Origin: Azolla caroliniana
Lineage: Eukaryota > Plantae > Polypodiophyta
Direction: 5' to 3'
NCBI GenBank assembly: GCA_043228905.1
Contig: JBHGNT010000002.1
Coordinates: 15,376,001-15,440,000 of the forward strand
DNA length: 64,000 nucleotides
Shown here: positions 25,094-37,946 of the stretch, one piece after another
Layout: each line of letters opens with the position of its first letter
How positions within the stretch are numbered: position 1 is the first letter of the stretch
Translations under genes and position numbers: made by a program
The notes under the pieces: generated by a model
What the model was told of the DNA's origin: nothing
Databases searched by the model: none
Seen by the model: the letters and a program-made list of their open reading frames with translations, nothing else

Positions 25094-25687
25094 AAGTCGA
25101 ACCGCACCAATAAGCATATTCCTATACGTCGATGATCTAGTCATTACCGGTGCCGATCTCGAAGAAATCGGCCGAGTCAAGTCTCAACTAGCTACATCAT
25201 TCGATATGAAGGATCTAGGGGACCTTCATTACTTCCTCGGGATCGAAGTGATACGTACCCCTGAAGGCATACTGATCAAACAACAACATTATGTGTTGAG
25301 TATGCTCTTCAAATTTGGGATGATGGATTGTAAATCCGTCGCAACTCCTCTATATCGAAACATCAAGCTTCGCCAAGGATCGGGAAAGGCATGTGACCTG
25401 ACACAGTTCTGACTGATTGGCAGAAGCCTAATTTACTTGATCATCACCCATCTGGATCTCAGCTATCCGGTCAGACTGATTAGTCAGTTCATGCAACAAC
25501 CGACATTTGATCACCTTAAGTGCGCGTGGAGGATATTGTGATATGTCAGTGGCCTTAAGAATAGGGCGTTGATGTATCAAGCTAGGGTAGTTTAACAATT
25601 AATTGGCTACACAGATGTTGACTGGGCCGGAAATGTCAGCAATCGCAGGTTAGCATCAGGTTTTGCATTCTCATTCAGAAGCACCGC

Positions 25688-26563
25688 TATCGTGAAGATT
25701 TTTGGCAACAGTGTGAAAATAACGTGGAAAGGAGAAAAGCAAGAAGGGTTCACTTTCACGCTTCTCTTACTTAGTGAGTTATCCCACATATAAATGCAGC
25801 TAATACGACTCTCTCTATATAAATACTAGCTTATCTCACACACATATATATATATATATATATATGATTGTGTATATATATGTGTATATTTGTTCGAACT
25901 TCTATTTGATCGACTACAATTTGACCGAATCTTGTTTTGGTCGATTTCGGCCAACCGAATCTTGTTTCGGCTTTTTGACAGATTTCATCCAGCCGACTCT
26001 CCCACAAGGAGGGACAATATTACATAACACAATTGACTTACCACAAAGACAAGTCATTTCTTAAAAAGTTGTATTTTCATCATTATACGTTTTCATATGT
26101 AAATTCTCATACATGAGAGCTTGAATGAATGACATGGGTATCATGCATCACATGTAATGCATGAGCGCCAAATGGCAAACATGCATCGCATGCATTTCAT
26201 GCATTACATACATTGTATGCATGTCTTGCACCCTCACATGCATCATATGCATGGGGGCATCTATAAAAGAGTGGAGGAAAAAGAAAAAGGGGTAGGGAAT
26301 TGATCAAGCAAACTATGTACTGAATTAAGAAACAATAATAAAATCTAGTTATCTTATTGGTGATATATCTTGTCTCTAAAAATTGAAGTCAAGGGTTCAT
26401 TCTCTATCTCAATCTCTCTCATAATTGGAATTTCTGTCTCTCAATATCTTTGTATCTATCTTAAATACTTTCTCGCTAAAGCTAGTACAACCTTCGAATC
26501 CTTCCGGTCCAGGACCCCAGTGGTCCCGCTTCATTTCGCAAACACGTGAGGATTTCCTCGACA
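25688..26563 (+). mobile_element. Solo LTR related to the TGTCGTGAAG (tRNA-Trp) family
   Basis: T(A)TCGTGAAGATTTT...CTCGACA termini; TTATCCCACA and GTGGTCCCGC motifs; 4-bp TSD CCGC/CCAC; removal restores RSTAITWS. Confidence 0.8.
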
Positions 26564-26679
26564 CCACGATCACCTGGAGCAACAAGAAGCAGCCGAAAAT
26601 GGCATTGTCGAGCACCATTGACGAATACCGAGGAGCGGTTGTCGCTACATGCTAAGCCATATGGGCATTGATGTAAGTG

Positions 26680-29600
26680 TCGTAGTAAGTGTCAGATGCT
26701 CGTGTGGGCATTGAAGTACGCGGTACTTTTGTTAGTCGCACAAGGACTTGTATAAATAGTGCTACTGAGCATAGTTGTATAAACAGAGTGATTATATTGT
26801 TTTTGAATATAGCGTTTACGTTTTGCTCTCTTTGTCTTTCCCGTGTACTCTGTGTATTCCCTACTTTCTCTGTTTTCTAATGCTTCCGCAAGTAATCCTT
26901 CACATGGTATCAGAGCGCGAGGGTTGAGAGCCTCCTCTGCAACTGACAAATGCTTGAAAGCAAACCCTAACAGGTTGTAAAACAACAAACAGAGAAGTGA
27001 TGGATAGAGGGATGGCTAGCTCGCTCCCTATGGAGAAACTCGATAGATCCAACTATGCATCTTGGTCATATAAGATGCACCAGTACCTGCTTGGGCATGG
27101 CTACTGGAGTTTCGTCGAAGGAGCCAACGAAACAACACCTGATACAACACATAAGGATTTCCTAGTGTGGGAACAATCGGCAAGCAGAGTGATGTACTGC
27201 TTCACGTCCAGTGTCAGAGACCAGCTGCTGAGCCACATCCGAGACGCCAAGACGCCAAGACGCCGAAGGAGGCTTGGGGGAACTTGAAGAAGGTTTTCGC
27301 CGCGAGCACTACAGCCCGGAAGCTGCAACTCCGACAGGAGTTGAGCAATGTCCGACAGAAGGACATGTTGGTGGCGGATTACATGGCCCGGATCGAAGAG
27401 ATCTGTGACTCACTTGCCTTTATCAACGTTACCGTAGAGGAAGACGAGATGGTACAGGTCTATCTTGGGGGCCTGGCGTCTAAGTTCAGAGCGTTCCGAA
27501 CGGCGGTGTGTACAAGGGAGAATACACCGTCATTTTTCGACTTACAGTCAATGCTCCTTGTAGAGGAGAACCATGCCGGTGTGTCAACTAGCGCACCCAC
27601 GGACAACCAGATGCTGTACACGGAGGCGGATCGGTCTCGTGGGCGTGATGGACGAGGCGGGTCAGCACGCAATGGAGGCGGCCGGCAAGACCAAGAATGA
27701 AGGCATAGAGAACGTGCCGACAGCAGTTCCGGGACTCCCACAGGTAGGGGGAGTCATGGCGAGACCGGAAGATGGCAAGAGAAGTCAGCAACAGAATGCT
27801 GGTAGTGTGGCAAAAAGGGCCACAGAGAAAGCGAGTGTTGGAGAAAACGAGTCGATTCGGACAAATCCGGATCTGGCAAGGCCGGCAAGGATGGCCGGCA
27901 AAGCTCCCACTACGCGAAGGGATCGAGAGGATCCAAGAACGGTAACGGGCTAGCCTTGGTAATGAAGCACGAGGCGAACTTGATGAAGAAGACTGCTTCC
28001 AAATCGGAGGAAGTGTGGTATATTGATTCTGGTGCGTCAAACCACATGACGAGCCACAAAGAGTGATTCTCCTTTTTGGAGAAACCGGATCAACCAGGAG
28101 TAGTCGAAACCAGAGACGACACTCACCCAATCGTGCACATCGGAGAAGTCCCTTTGAGCCACGCCGGACAGAAGGGGAAGTTGATGAATGTATTACACGT
28201 TTCGACAATCACAAAGAACCTGGTGTCAGTTGGATAGATCGTCGACCAGGGGATGCAGGTGCGGTTTACGCACCTTGGGTGCTTCATCGAGGAAGAGGGC
28301 GAGATTATTGCGCAAGGGCGTAGAGACGGGAGGATGTTTATCCTCGACACCAATGACGTTGGCACCGCTTTGTTTGCAAAAGGATAGAAGGTTGAATCGG
28401 ACATCGACTTGTGGCACAAGTGGATAGGCCACGTCAATTACCGGAGGCTTCAAGACCTGCAAACGAAACAAGTTGTTTTCGGTTTGCCGAAGTTCAGCGG
28501 CCGGAAGGCCCAAGTATGTGAAGCTTGCCAACTCGGGAAGCAACACCGGCTTCCATTCCCTACCGAACGTAACCGGAGCCGTAACAAGCTCGACCTAATC
28601 CATTCGGATGTGTGGGGACCGACATAGAATGTTAGTCTTGGCGGGAGTCGATATTTCGTCTCCTTCATCGACGACTATACGCGACACACATGGATCTACC
28701 TCATTGAGCGTAAGAATGAAGTCTTCAAGTGTTTCCGGAGTCTCCAAAGCATCGTGGAATGGGAATCGGAGAGGAAGATCAAATACATGCAGCTGGATGG
28801 CGGGAAAGAATACTTTTCCGGCCAATTCAACAGTTATCTGCAGCAAATGGGAATTCGGCGAGAGTTCAACTGCAAATACACACTGCAACAGAACAATGTT
28901 GCCGAGAGGAAGAACCAGTCACTTATTGATGTGGCAAGGGAAATGTTGGAGGAGAAGAGCATGCCCAAATTCTACTAGGTAGAGGCAGTCCGAACGATTG
29001 TCTACATCCAGAACCGGATCGGTGACAAGGTGTTAGCTCACGAGCTGTATTTCGGGCGGAAGCCGAATTTGAGTCACCTTAAGATCGTTGGTAGCATTGC
29101 ATATGTGCATGTACCGGATGAGAAGCGGAGGAAGTTGGATGAAAAATCGGAAAAATGCATCCTAGTCGGCTATGCTCAAGAGCAAAAGGGTTATAAATGT
29201 TATAACCCCCGGACAAGGCAGGTCCGAGTTAGTCAAGATGTCGAGGTTGATGAATCGGCATTGTGGTACTCCTTACAGACTCCGACTTCCGAATCTGACT
29301 CGATGCCGGAGGATGAGGCTAGTGAGCCTGAACTGGCCCAGGTAGAGGATGTTGAAGCGTGGACTCAGGATGAGAGTTCGGAATCATTCCGGTTGAGCTG
29401 GCCGAACGAGAGACTGAGTCAATCTGACCAGTCCGATGAGGAACCGATGAGTAGTGGAGACTCTGTCGTGCACTCCCCGCGCAAGGAACCGAGGAGACGG
29501 TTCACGCACAAAGAGAAGGGGAAGAAGAAGATGCTGGAATTTGAAACCGGCAACGATGAGTCAGATCAGTGTGCATCCAACTCTGGCAGGGAGATAGGCA

Positions 29601-32264
29601 GATCTTCGGCAACGAAGATCGAACCGGCCAAGAAGGGCCTGAAACCGGGTAACGGTGAGTTACGCCGGTCCACCCGCCAGAAGGATCCCATCAAGCGGTA
29701 CGGGTACAATGAGTACATGGCGCATCACTATGCATACATGACCAAGGTGGCGGAGGTGCGTGAGCCGGAAAGCTACGCAGAAGCGACCAAGGACGCAAAT
29801 TGGCGTGCCGCTATGGAGGAAGAAATGCGGGCACTTGATGTCAACGAGACATGGGATGCAAGTGGATATACAAGGTAAAGTACAACGCTGATGGTTCTGT
29901 TAACTGGTATAAAGCCCGGTTAGTGGCAAAGGGATACGCGCAGACCCACGGAATCGACTACGACGAGACCTTCGCTCCTGTAGCGAAGATGATGACGGTT
30001 CGAGTGGTGCTGGCGGTTGCTGCGGCAAGGGGGTGACATCTTCATCAGATGGATGTGAAGAATGCATTTCTTCAAGGTGATCTTGAAGAAGAAGTCTTTA
30101 TGACTCAGCCTCCCAGTTTTCAATCGGAGATGAACGAGTCGGCGGTATGCCGGCTGAAGAAGTCGTTGTACGGCCTGAAGCAAGCCCCTCGAGCTTGGAA
30201 TGCGAAGATCACGCACCGGTTGCGTAAGATGGGGTTTGTGGCCTCCAAATCAGACTCTTCATTGTTCATCCGGCAAGGCTTAGCCGGTCCGGTATGTATA
30301 TTGCTGTATGTTGATGATCTAGTCATCACCGGACCGGGTGTTCCAGAAATCAAACGCATTAAGTCTGAGTTGTCGGACACATTTGAGATGAAGGATCTGG
30401 GGGACCTTCATTATTTTCTAGGGATCGAGGTGATCCGAACCCCGGACGGCATATTGCTCTCACAACGACATTACGTCTTGAATATGCTGTACAAGTTCGG
30501 CATGACAGAATGCCGACCTGTATCCACACCCTTGGACCGGAACCAGAAGCTTCGTCCCAACTCCAGAACGGCCTGCAACGAGCAACGGTTCCGACAAATT
30601 GTCGGAAGCCTTATTTACTTGACTATCACATGACCCGACATCAGCTATCCGGTCGGAATGATAAGTCAGTTCATGCAGAAGCCGAACGTGGAGCACCTTC
30701 AGTGCGCGCAAAGGATATTGCGGTATGTCAGCGGTACGAAGGACCGGGGACTGTTATATAGGCGAGGTAAACCCGAAGAGCTCGTCCGTTACACGGATGC
30801 TGACTGGGCCAACGATGCATCAGATCGCTGATCAACCTCCGGTTACATGTTTTCCCTAGGTAGTGTGGTTTTTGCGTGGAGCAGCAAAAAGCAGCCAATA
30901 GTTGCTCTATCGAGCATTGAGGCTGAGTATCGTGGCGCTACCCTTGCCACCTGTGAAACCATTTGGCTTCAGCGACTGCTGCAAGACCTACAGATCAAGG
31001 TCCCAACCCCGATTCTGGTCTACTGCGACAACATCAGTAGCATGAAACTCGCCAAGAACCCCGTATTCCATGCTCGCACAAAGCACATAGAAGTGCTCTA
31101 TCACTTTGTGCGTGAGCGTGTCCTGAGCGGTGAGGTCGAACTTCGGTATGTTCACACGGATCGGCAGGTTGCAGAAATCTTCACCAAACCTCTTGGATCG
31201 GACAAGTTGCATCACTTCACCGAAATGCTTGGTGTTCAGCATCTCGATGTGCCACACTTGAGGGGGAGAACGGGCAAGCACATCGGAACTGGAAAAGGAA
31301 AAGAGACTGCCGATTGCGCCGGTGAGGGAAGCACCGACGAAGGGAAAGTCAAGAAGAAGAAAGGAGCCGAGTGGACAAGGGAAGTTGACACGTTTGAACA
31401 AGTCAAAACAAGCGGCAACAGTGGCAGAGTCGAGAAGGACAGAGCCGACCGAAGGGAGAAGGCCAAGAACTGGACATGGTCCAATGTGGTGAAGGGCTTG
31501 GAACCAGAAGACGAATCGGGAGCAACCGATTTGGACAAGAGCTGGAACGAATCGGAGACAATCGATTCGGTTCAAAAGACAAATTCGGAAGAACCGGATC
31601 AATTCAAGGCCAAGCAGACACGGATGCAGCGGAAGTCGATGCCATCGCGGAGGAACCGATGGATCGATAAGCGCCGGAGTCATAGCAACAAAGGAGCTGA
31701 GAGGGGCCTATTGAGCAGACATACCGACCGAGAAGGTCGAGGTGTGCAGAACAAGAGGGGTCGCGGCAAACAGAACCAGACTGGACGAGGAGCGTGAGCA
31801 AGGCGGAGCGACGCCAGGAGAAATCGGTTGGAAGAACCGACTGCCACAGAGACTGACACTATGATCCAACCTCAAGTTGAGCTTGAGGGGAAGTGTTGAG
31901 TGGCAAGCGAGATGGATCGGTAAGCCGTGAGTAATCGAGCCGGTAAGCAACAGAGCCAGTCAGCTGGGGAGCCAGTTCGCCGGATCCAATCAGTAACCGG
32001 AAGCCTAGTATTAGTGTAGACTACTAGGAAATTATAGTCTCGTAGTAAGTGTCAGATGCTCGTGTGAGCATTGAAGTACGCGGTACTTCTGTCAGTCCCA
32101 CGAGAACTTGTATAAATAGTGCTACTGAGCATAGTTGTATAAACAGAGTGATTATATTGTTTTTGAATATAGCGTTTACGTTCTGCTCTCTTTGTCTCTC
32201 CCATGTACTCTGTGTATTCCCTACTTTCTCTGTTTTCTAACGCTTCCGCAAGTAATCCTTCACA
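26680..32264 (+). mobile_element. Near full-length Ty1/copia element (5' LTR truncated)
   Basis: Partial 5' LTR 26680-26904; PBS 26905-26916; gag-pol ~27000-31797; PPT 31883-31893; 3' LTR 31894-32264. Confidence 0.95.
26997..31797 (+). pseudogene. Copia gag-pol with C-terminal charged extension (disrupted)
   Basis: KLDRSNYASWS, WYIDSGASNH, LWHKWIGH, LYVDDLVI and HARTKHIEV; the frame stays open about 175 aa past LRG. Confidence 0.92.
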
Positions 32265-32559
32265 AGATAGCAACAAGAAATTCGTACACAAAGATTTCCT
32301 AACCAAACTTTATATTACTAAATACAACGATAGATTTTTACAATGCCTTCGGTTCCTTTTATAGGTAACCCGAAGGTCTTTTCTCATCAAGAAATCCTAC
32401 TGCCTATAATTATCAAGAATTAAAAAACTTCGTAACTAACTATGTCCTATTCGGCTATCTGATGAGTCATTGATCCGAACTGTCGATCCGACTCCGACTT
32501 CGATTCTGAACATCCTTCCGACTCCGATGTATCTATACTTGTCCGGGTAACACTTGGCA

Positions 32560-35311
32560 CGCCCGTGGGCCAGGACATTGTCCGACGAACCCACAAAACC
32601 CTTTACTCCTGCTGCTCTGAGGAAAGATCTTCCTCCATCTCCAAATCATCGTCTGCGTCGTCCTACAAAATGTCGAATAAGGAGGGTTCTACTTCCTGTG
32701 TTGCCATGCCTACGTCGTCTTCGTCTTCGTCTTCGGTATCCTCCCCATCGTTGTTTTCCTCGCGGGCTTCTTCGGTCGATGGTCTTGGCTTTGCTGAATC
32801 CGGTGCTCCGAGTCCAGGTGTTTTGGTTACTCTTTCGGCTTTGATATTGTCTAACTCGAAGGATGTCTCAACATCATGCTTGTCGAATTCTTGCATGACT
32901 TGGTTAATTTCTTCTTTAAAATAAGCCACTATGTCGTATAGGTCCTTAGCAATATCTTCCTGAACTGTTGTCATTGCTTCCTCCGACATCTTGAGGAAGC
33001 CTTTGCCCTAAACTTTCCTATTTTCTCTGTCGGCTCTTAATAGCTGAAGCTCCGTGGTTGGCGCCGACCATGTTTGTCAACCCTTCTCCAGTGATTCATT
33101 GACCAATTTTAGGGTGTTAATTCGTTGACGTCTAATGATCGCTTGAACCCTGTCTTGAGTCATTCTAGCCTTATACTGTACTATTGCTAATGTTTTCCGC
33201 AAATCAATGATTACTGCATTGGTATGTCCTTCTGCCTGCATCAGTTTAGCTTGTGCCACTAAGAGGTCAAGTCACCTTTTCTCGGAGATCATTTGAATTT
33301 CTACACATCGGTTTTCCAGCTTCGCTTTCTCTTCATTCTAGTTGTTTTGCTGTTGAATCATTTTTTCGTTGATTTCTTCTCTCAATTTGTCTTTACCAGC
33401 CAACTGTGTTGTAAAACAAGTCTCTTGGCTCTTGACATACTCTTCCAGATCCTCGACTTGTTGGCTTGTAGCCTCTTGCTATTGGGCTAATTGTCGGCGT
33501 AATTCTTGTATCACATTATCTTTTTCCCCCAAAAATTTGTCGGCCGCCGTTTTTGTCGACTGTAATCGAGCCTCCATTTCTCTGGACCTGTCTTCGGTCT
33601 TTTCTACCCTAATTTCTTCCTCTCTTCATGCTTTTTCGGCTTGGTCCAACCTCTTTTGTAATTTTGAATCCGTCTCCAAAGGTTGTCTTTGTGACTCTGG
33701 CTGTAATATCTGTTCTCTCGCTTTTTCTAGAGCCACTTGTTCTTCTTGTAGTTTATTCTTCAACTATTGATTCTCTGCCTGCGTCCGTTTATACTGTGCA
33801 TTAAGCACATCTGCAATTGATGTAGCCTGTTTGTATAATTTGGCCCTATCCTTGGCCACTCTGCTAGCATTTTCATATTCTCGATGGACTTCCACCAGTG
33901 CCTCAGGTAATGGTGGTACCTGAATGGCTTCACCTCTATTTTTAGCATTTCGTTGTCAACCAATTCTATCCATTTTCGCTTGCTCGTTTGGTTTGACAGC
34001 TCCACATAATGACTTTTGGATCATTATTTGATCTCTATGCTCGTGCGCCATTCTTTCCGACACTTCTTGAAGTCTTTTAGCTAACCATTCTACTAGTTCA
34101 TATGATGTTCCGAACTGCAGAATGGCAGCTAGCTCATGTGTTGTTGCCGGGATGTCGGAAAATCTGAGTGCCTCTTGCACCGTTGCCGTTGATGCCTGTC
34201 CTTTTTGAACTCGTGACATGTCATCTGGATTGATACGAGGTACTTGTGTGCTTTGGGCGGCTTGATCGTTAGTTCTCTTTTTCTTTTGCGCGGGTTGTTC
34301 TTGCTCTGGTCTAGAGTATCTTTGGGACCGTTGTTTCACCCTGCGTTGCTTCAGCGGTTGCTGGTCAATGTTAACTCGTCTCAATTCCTGCTGCTGTGAG
34401 GGTTGCTCGTCTGTCATCCCGCGTTGTTGCATCCTCTGTGGTTGAAACTCCAGTTGTTGAGTCGGCGGTTGCTGGGCAGGTTTGGGTTGCGGTATCGACT
34501 GTTGTTGTTCTGATTCTTGTTGTTGCCTTGGGTCTGGTTGGTCAAATTTGGTCTGAGTGGTATCGTCCTATGTTGATTCTTCTTCCCTCCACTCTTCCCA
34601 TTGGACTTGTCGTCTGAGTTGGGATGACTGTACTTGAGGCGGCCGATGCACCTCTTATCGGTTTTCCGGCTTTGAAGTCAGAAATAATACCGATAACCAA
34701 CGAGCAAAAATCGGCTTCATTGGTTTTCCCTTTTGAACTCTGTTCAATTGCTCTCTCAGAGCATCTGCCGATAGTAGCCCCCAATCGAAAACTTCGCCTT
34801 CATAAGTGGCGATGATAAATCCGGCCCTCTTCTTGGGCATACTGTAGAATCTCGGACTAACAAACCCTACTTCCAATAAAAATTTTGCAACTTAATGAAA
34901 GAACACATCCCTACCTCCTTGTGTCTGGTACGCTTTGGCAGAGGGCGAATATTCACCGAAATAGGACCGCAGACCATCCTCTGTGACCTTGTTGACAGTG
35001 TTGAACCCGCCTCTTGGCATCTCCAACATGGCTCTTACCTTCTTATTCATAATCGTCAAGACATCGATTTCTGCCAACAGAGCTTCCGCGTTCGGGTGTG
35101 ACTCTGCTTCTGCGACTTTCAAAAATCCATGTAACTTATTGCGAACGAGCCAACGACGCAAGTTATCAGATATGACAATCGGCATGTTGTCGTCATCGAT
35201 TGACAGATCGTCACTTAGTGGTGACTGTGAGAAACGCTGTGGGCTATGGCGAATAAAATTAGAAAACCCGTGAGCTTGAATGCGTTTCTGCTTCTGTGGT
35301 GAAACAGTCAT
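32560..35311 (-). pseudogene. Extra ORF of the gypsy element (coiled-coil, acidic C-terminus), disrupted
   Basis: Chain of minus-strand ORF fragments (34892-35311, 34655-34876, 33956-34432, 33077-33259, 32663-32989) between integrase and the 3' LTR. Confidence 0.6.
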
Positions 35312-35531
35312 TATAGAAATAGGTTTTAAGAGATTAATTTTTTGAATGATGCCTAGGGAATAAAAGTACTATTAATGTTGTAATGACTAGATGTACTAGT
35401 GGAGTAATGACTAGAAATGGTAATAATGACTAATAGAATTACTCCAAGAATCTCTTCGTGACAGTTAGTTATGATTTGGCAAGAAAATATTCTATAGTTA
35501 GTTTTTTTTTTAAATTTAATTTTTTTTTTTT

Positions 35532-36365
35532 TTACTTATCTTCCGATTCAACCTTGAATGGATTTTCCGGCATGTGTCCATGATATGGTTTAAGCTGGAA
35601 ACCATTGACCCATTTCGGTAAAATCTCACCTGATAGGGTTCCAAGTTGATACATACCATTTTTACTGTTCACGATCCAAACTGGTCCCATCCATCTATAC
35701 CGAAGTTTTCTTGGCATCACCCCATCTTGGTCTGGAAAACTAGTACTGGTTTCCCGATCCTGAATTGAGATTCGGTTTTTCGTCGGTGTCGATTTACAAA
35801 TGCCTTTGTTTGCCTTTGCTTGTGCTCCAAAACTGTTATAGCTTGTAGTCAGTCTTCTTCTAACAGCAATAAAGATTCTTTCCAAATTTGCTCCGATTGT
35901 AGTTCATTTAATTTTTCGGTTGCTTGTATTCGGAGTGTCGGAATCTGGATTTCGATTGGCATCACTGCCTCCAATCCAAAAGCCATTCGGAAAGGTGTTG
36001 ATTTAATAGATGTTTTGTACGACGTGCGATATGCCCATAAAGCACTATGCAACTTTTGATCCCAGTCCGTACAATTCTCATTTACTATATTCTTGAGTAT
36101 CGTCTGTAGAGTTTTGTTTGTCGACTTTGCCAATCCATTCGCTTGTGGATAGTAAGGCGTGCTTTTCTTATGAACCACTACATAGTAGGTAGACAATTCA
36201 TGAACAAGGTTTGTTAATGAAATGCGTACCTTGATCGCTCACTAATTCTATTGGGCAGCCGAATTGACACCATATACTTTCGTACAAAATTTTTGCTGTT
36301 GAAGCTGCCGTATTATCCCTAAGAGCTTTAGCTTCTACCCACTTCATACAGTAGTCAGTAGCCAC
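35532..36365 (-). pseudogene. Gypsy integrase fragment
   Basis: ATDYCMKWVEA, SDQGTHF, TPYYPQANG, LWAYRT and RWMGP...VNG..LKPY (GPY/F module). Confidence 0.92.
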
Positions 36366-37946
36366 TTGCCAAAATTATACTGTGTTGTTCGGTCGACAAT
36401 TACTACTTTGCCGACACAGTATAAGACGAACGTTCTATCAAGAAGTTGTGGTTAGACGAATAGATACTAATTATCTGTAAACTTATCGGTGATAACAGAC
36501 ACCAAGATCGTGACTTATGTAATATAGTTTAGACAGAAAGAAATAGATGGCAACAAGCAATTCGTACATAGCGATTTCCTAACCAAACTTTATATTACTA
36601 AATACAATGATAGATTTTTACAATGCCTTTGGTTCCTTCTATAGGTAACCCGAAGGTCTTTTCTCATCAAGAAATCCTACTGCCTATAATTATCAAGAAT
36701 TACAAAACTTCGTAACTAACTATGTCCTATTCGGCTATCTGCTGAGTCATCGATCCGAATTGTCGATCCGACTCCGACTTCGACTCTGAACATCCTTCTG
36801 ACTCCGACATATCTATACTTGTCCGGGTAACAATGTGCAAGTGTCCGAACCAACAATGATATACTACAACAACCTCAGCAACATCCAGCTTGCGAAGAAC
36901 CCCGTCTTCCACGCTCAGACCAAGCACATTGAGCTGCCCTATCATTTCATCCGTGCACGAGTCCTCTCTTGTAAAATGGAACTCATATATGTTCTGACTA
37001 ATCGAAAAGTGGATGATATCTTCACCAAACCCTCTCGGCCTTGACAAGTTGCAACATTTTTTGAGCATGCTTGGCTTAGAGCACCTCGACATGCCGAACT
37101 TGAGGGGGAGGAGTGAAGCTAGAAAGATGGAGAGAGATCAAGTCCGGAAAGCCAAATCGAGTGATGAACTCGATTTCGGAATGATTGAAGAAGTCAGAAT
37201 GTCTGGATCAGCTGGAGACGCCGAGGATGTGTGGATAAATGAAAGAAGATCGGCTAAGCAGAGACTAGCCAGTTGCACAAGGAGTGGCCGAAAGATCGGG
37301 TCAAAGCCGGAGCCATCCAAACAAGGGAGAGGCAGAACCGAGAAAGGCAAGTTAGGTGGTAGAGGTAAGAAGGGAAAAGCCAATCTGAAGATAAAGGCCA
37401 AGACTAGGGCATGGTCGGATGTGGTCAAGGGCATGAAGGAGGGCAAATTGGAAACAACCAATTCGGACAAGAGCGGGACTGAATCGGAGACAATCGATTC
37501 AGTCGAGAAAAGTAATTCGGAAGAGCCGAATCACATGAAGGCCAAGCAGACAAAGAGGCAACCGAAGTTGATGCCACTACGGAAGAGCCAACGGATCGAG
37601 ATGTGCGAAACCAAACGAGTCGAGGAGCGTCAGACCGAAGGGGTCATGGGATGCAGAACCGAACTGGACAAGGAGAGCGAGCGAGGCGTCAGGACGCTAG
37701 GAGAAGCTAGAACAATGGACTAGCTGGAGATGACACGATGGGACCTCAAATTGAGCTCGAGGGGGAGTATTGAGTGAGCAAGCTCAACTTGGGCCGAATC
37801 GGTAGAAGAAGCCGAGAGCTGGATTGGATGGAAATCGATCGGGTATGCCCGAATTAGCTGAATAAACCGAAAGCCGAATCGGTTGGTAAACTGAATCGGC
37901 TGGTCGTTGGAGGCATATATTCCTATTTTATTAAATAGGAATATTA

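Larger units (their letters stand above)
32265..36832 (-). mobile_element. Deleted Ty3/gypsy (non-chromovirus-like) element with 3' extra ORF
   Basis: Direct repeats 32265-32552 and 36545-36832 (LTR ~36376-36832); TATA and polyA-like signals on the minus strand; gag-RT missing; integrase and extra ORF retained. Confidence 0.85.
24006..37946 (+). mobile_element. Old host copia (RT-RNase H-extension-3' LTR) fragmented by nested insertions
   Basis: Collinear pieces 24006-24400, 25094-25687, 26564-26664 and 36833-37767; PPT ~37758-37767; LTR start 37768-37946. Confidence 0.8.

Noticed and set aside
25865-26028. Small LTR-end-like fragment inside the solo LTR
   Set aside because: Resembles 25060-25093 over only ~35 bp; boundaries and TSD cannot be supported.
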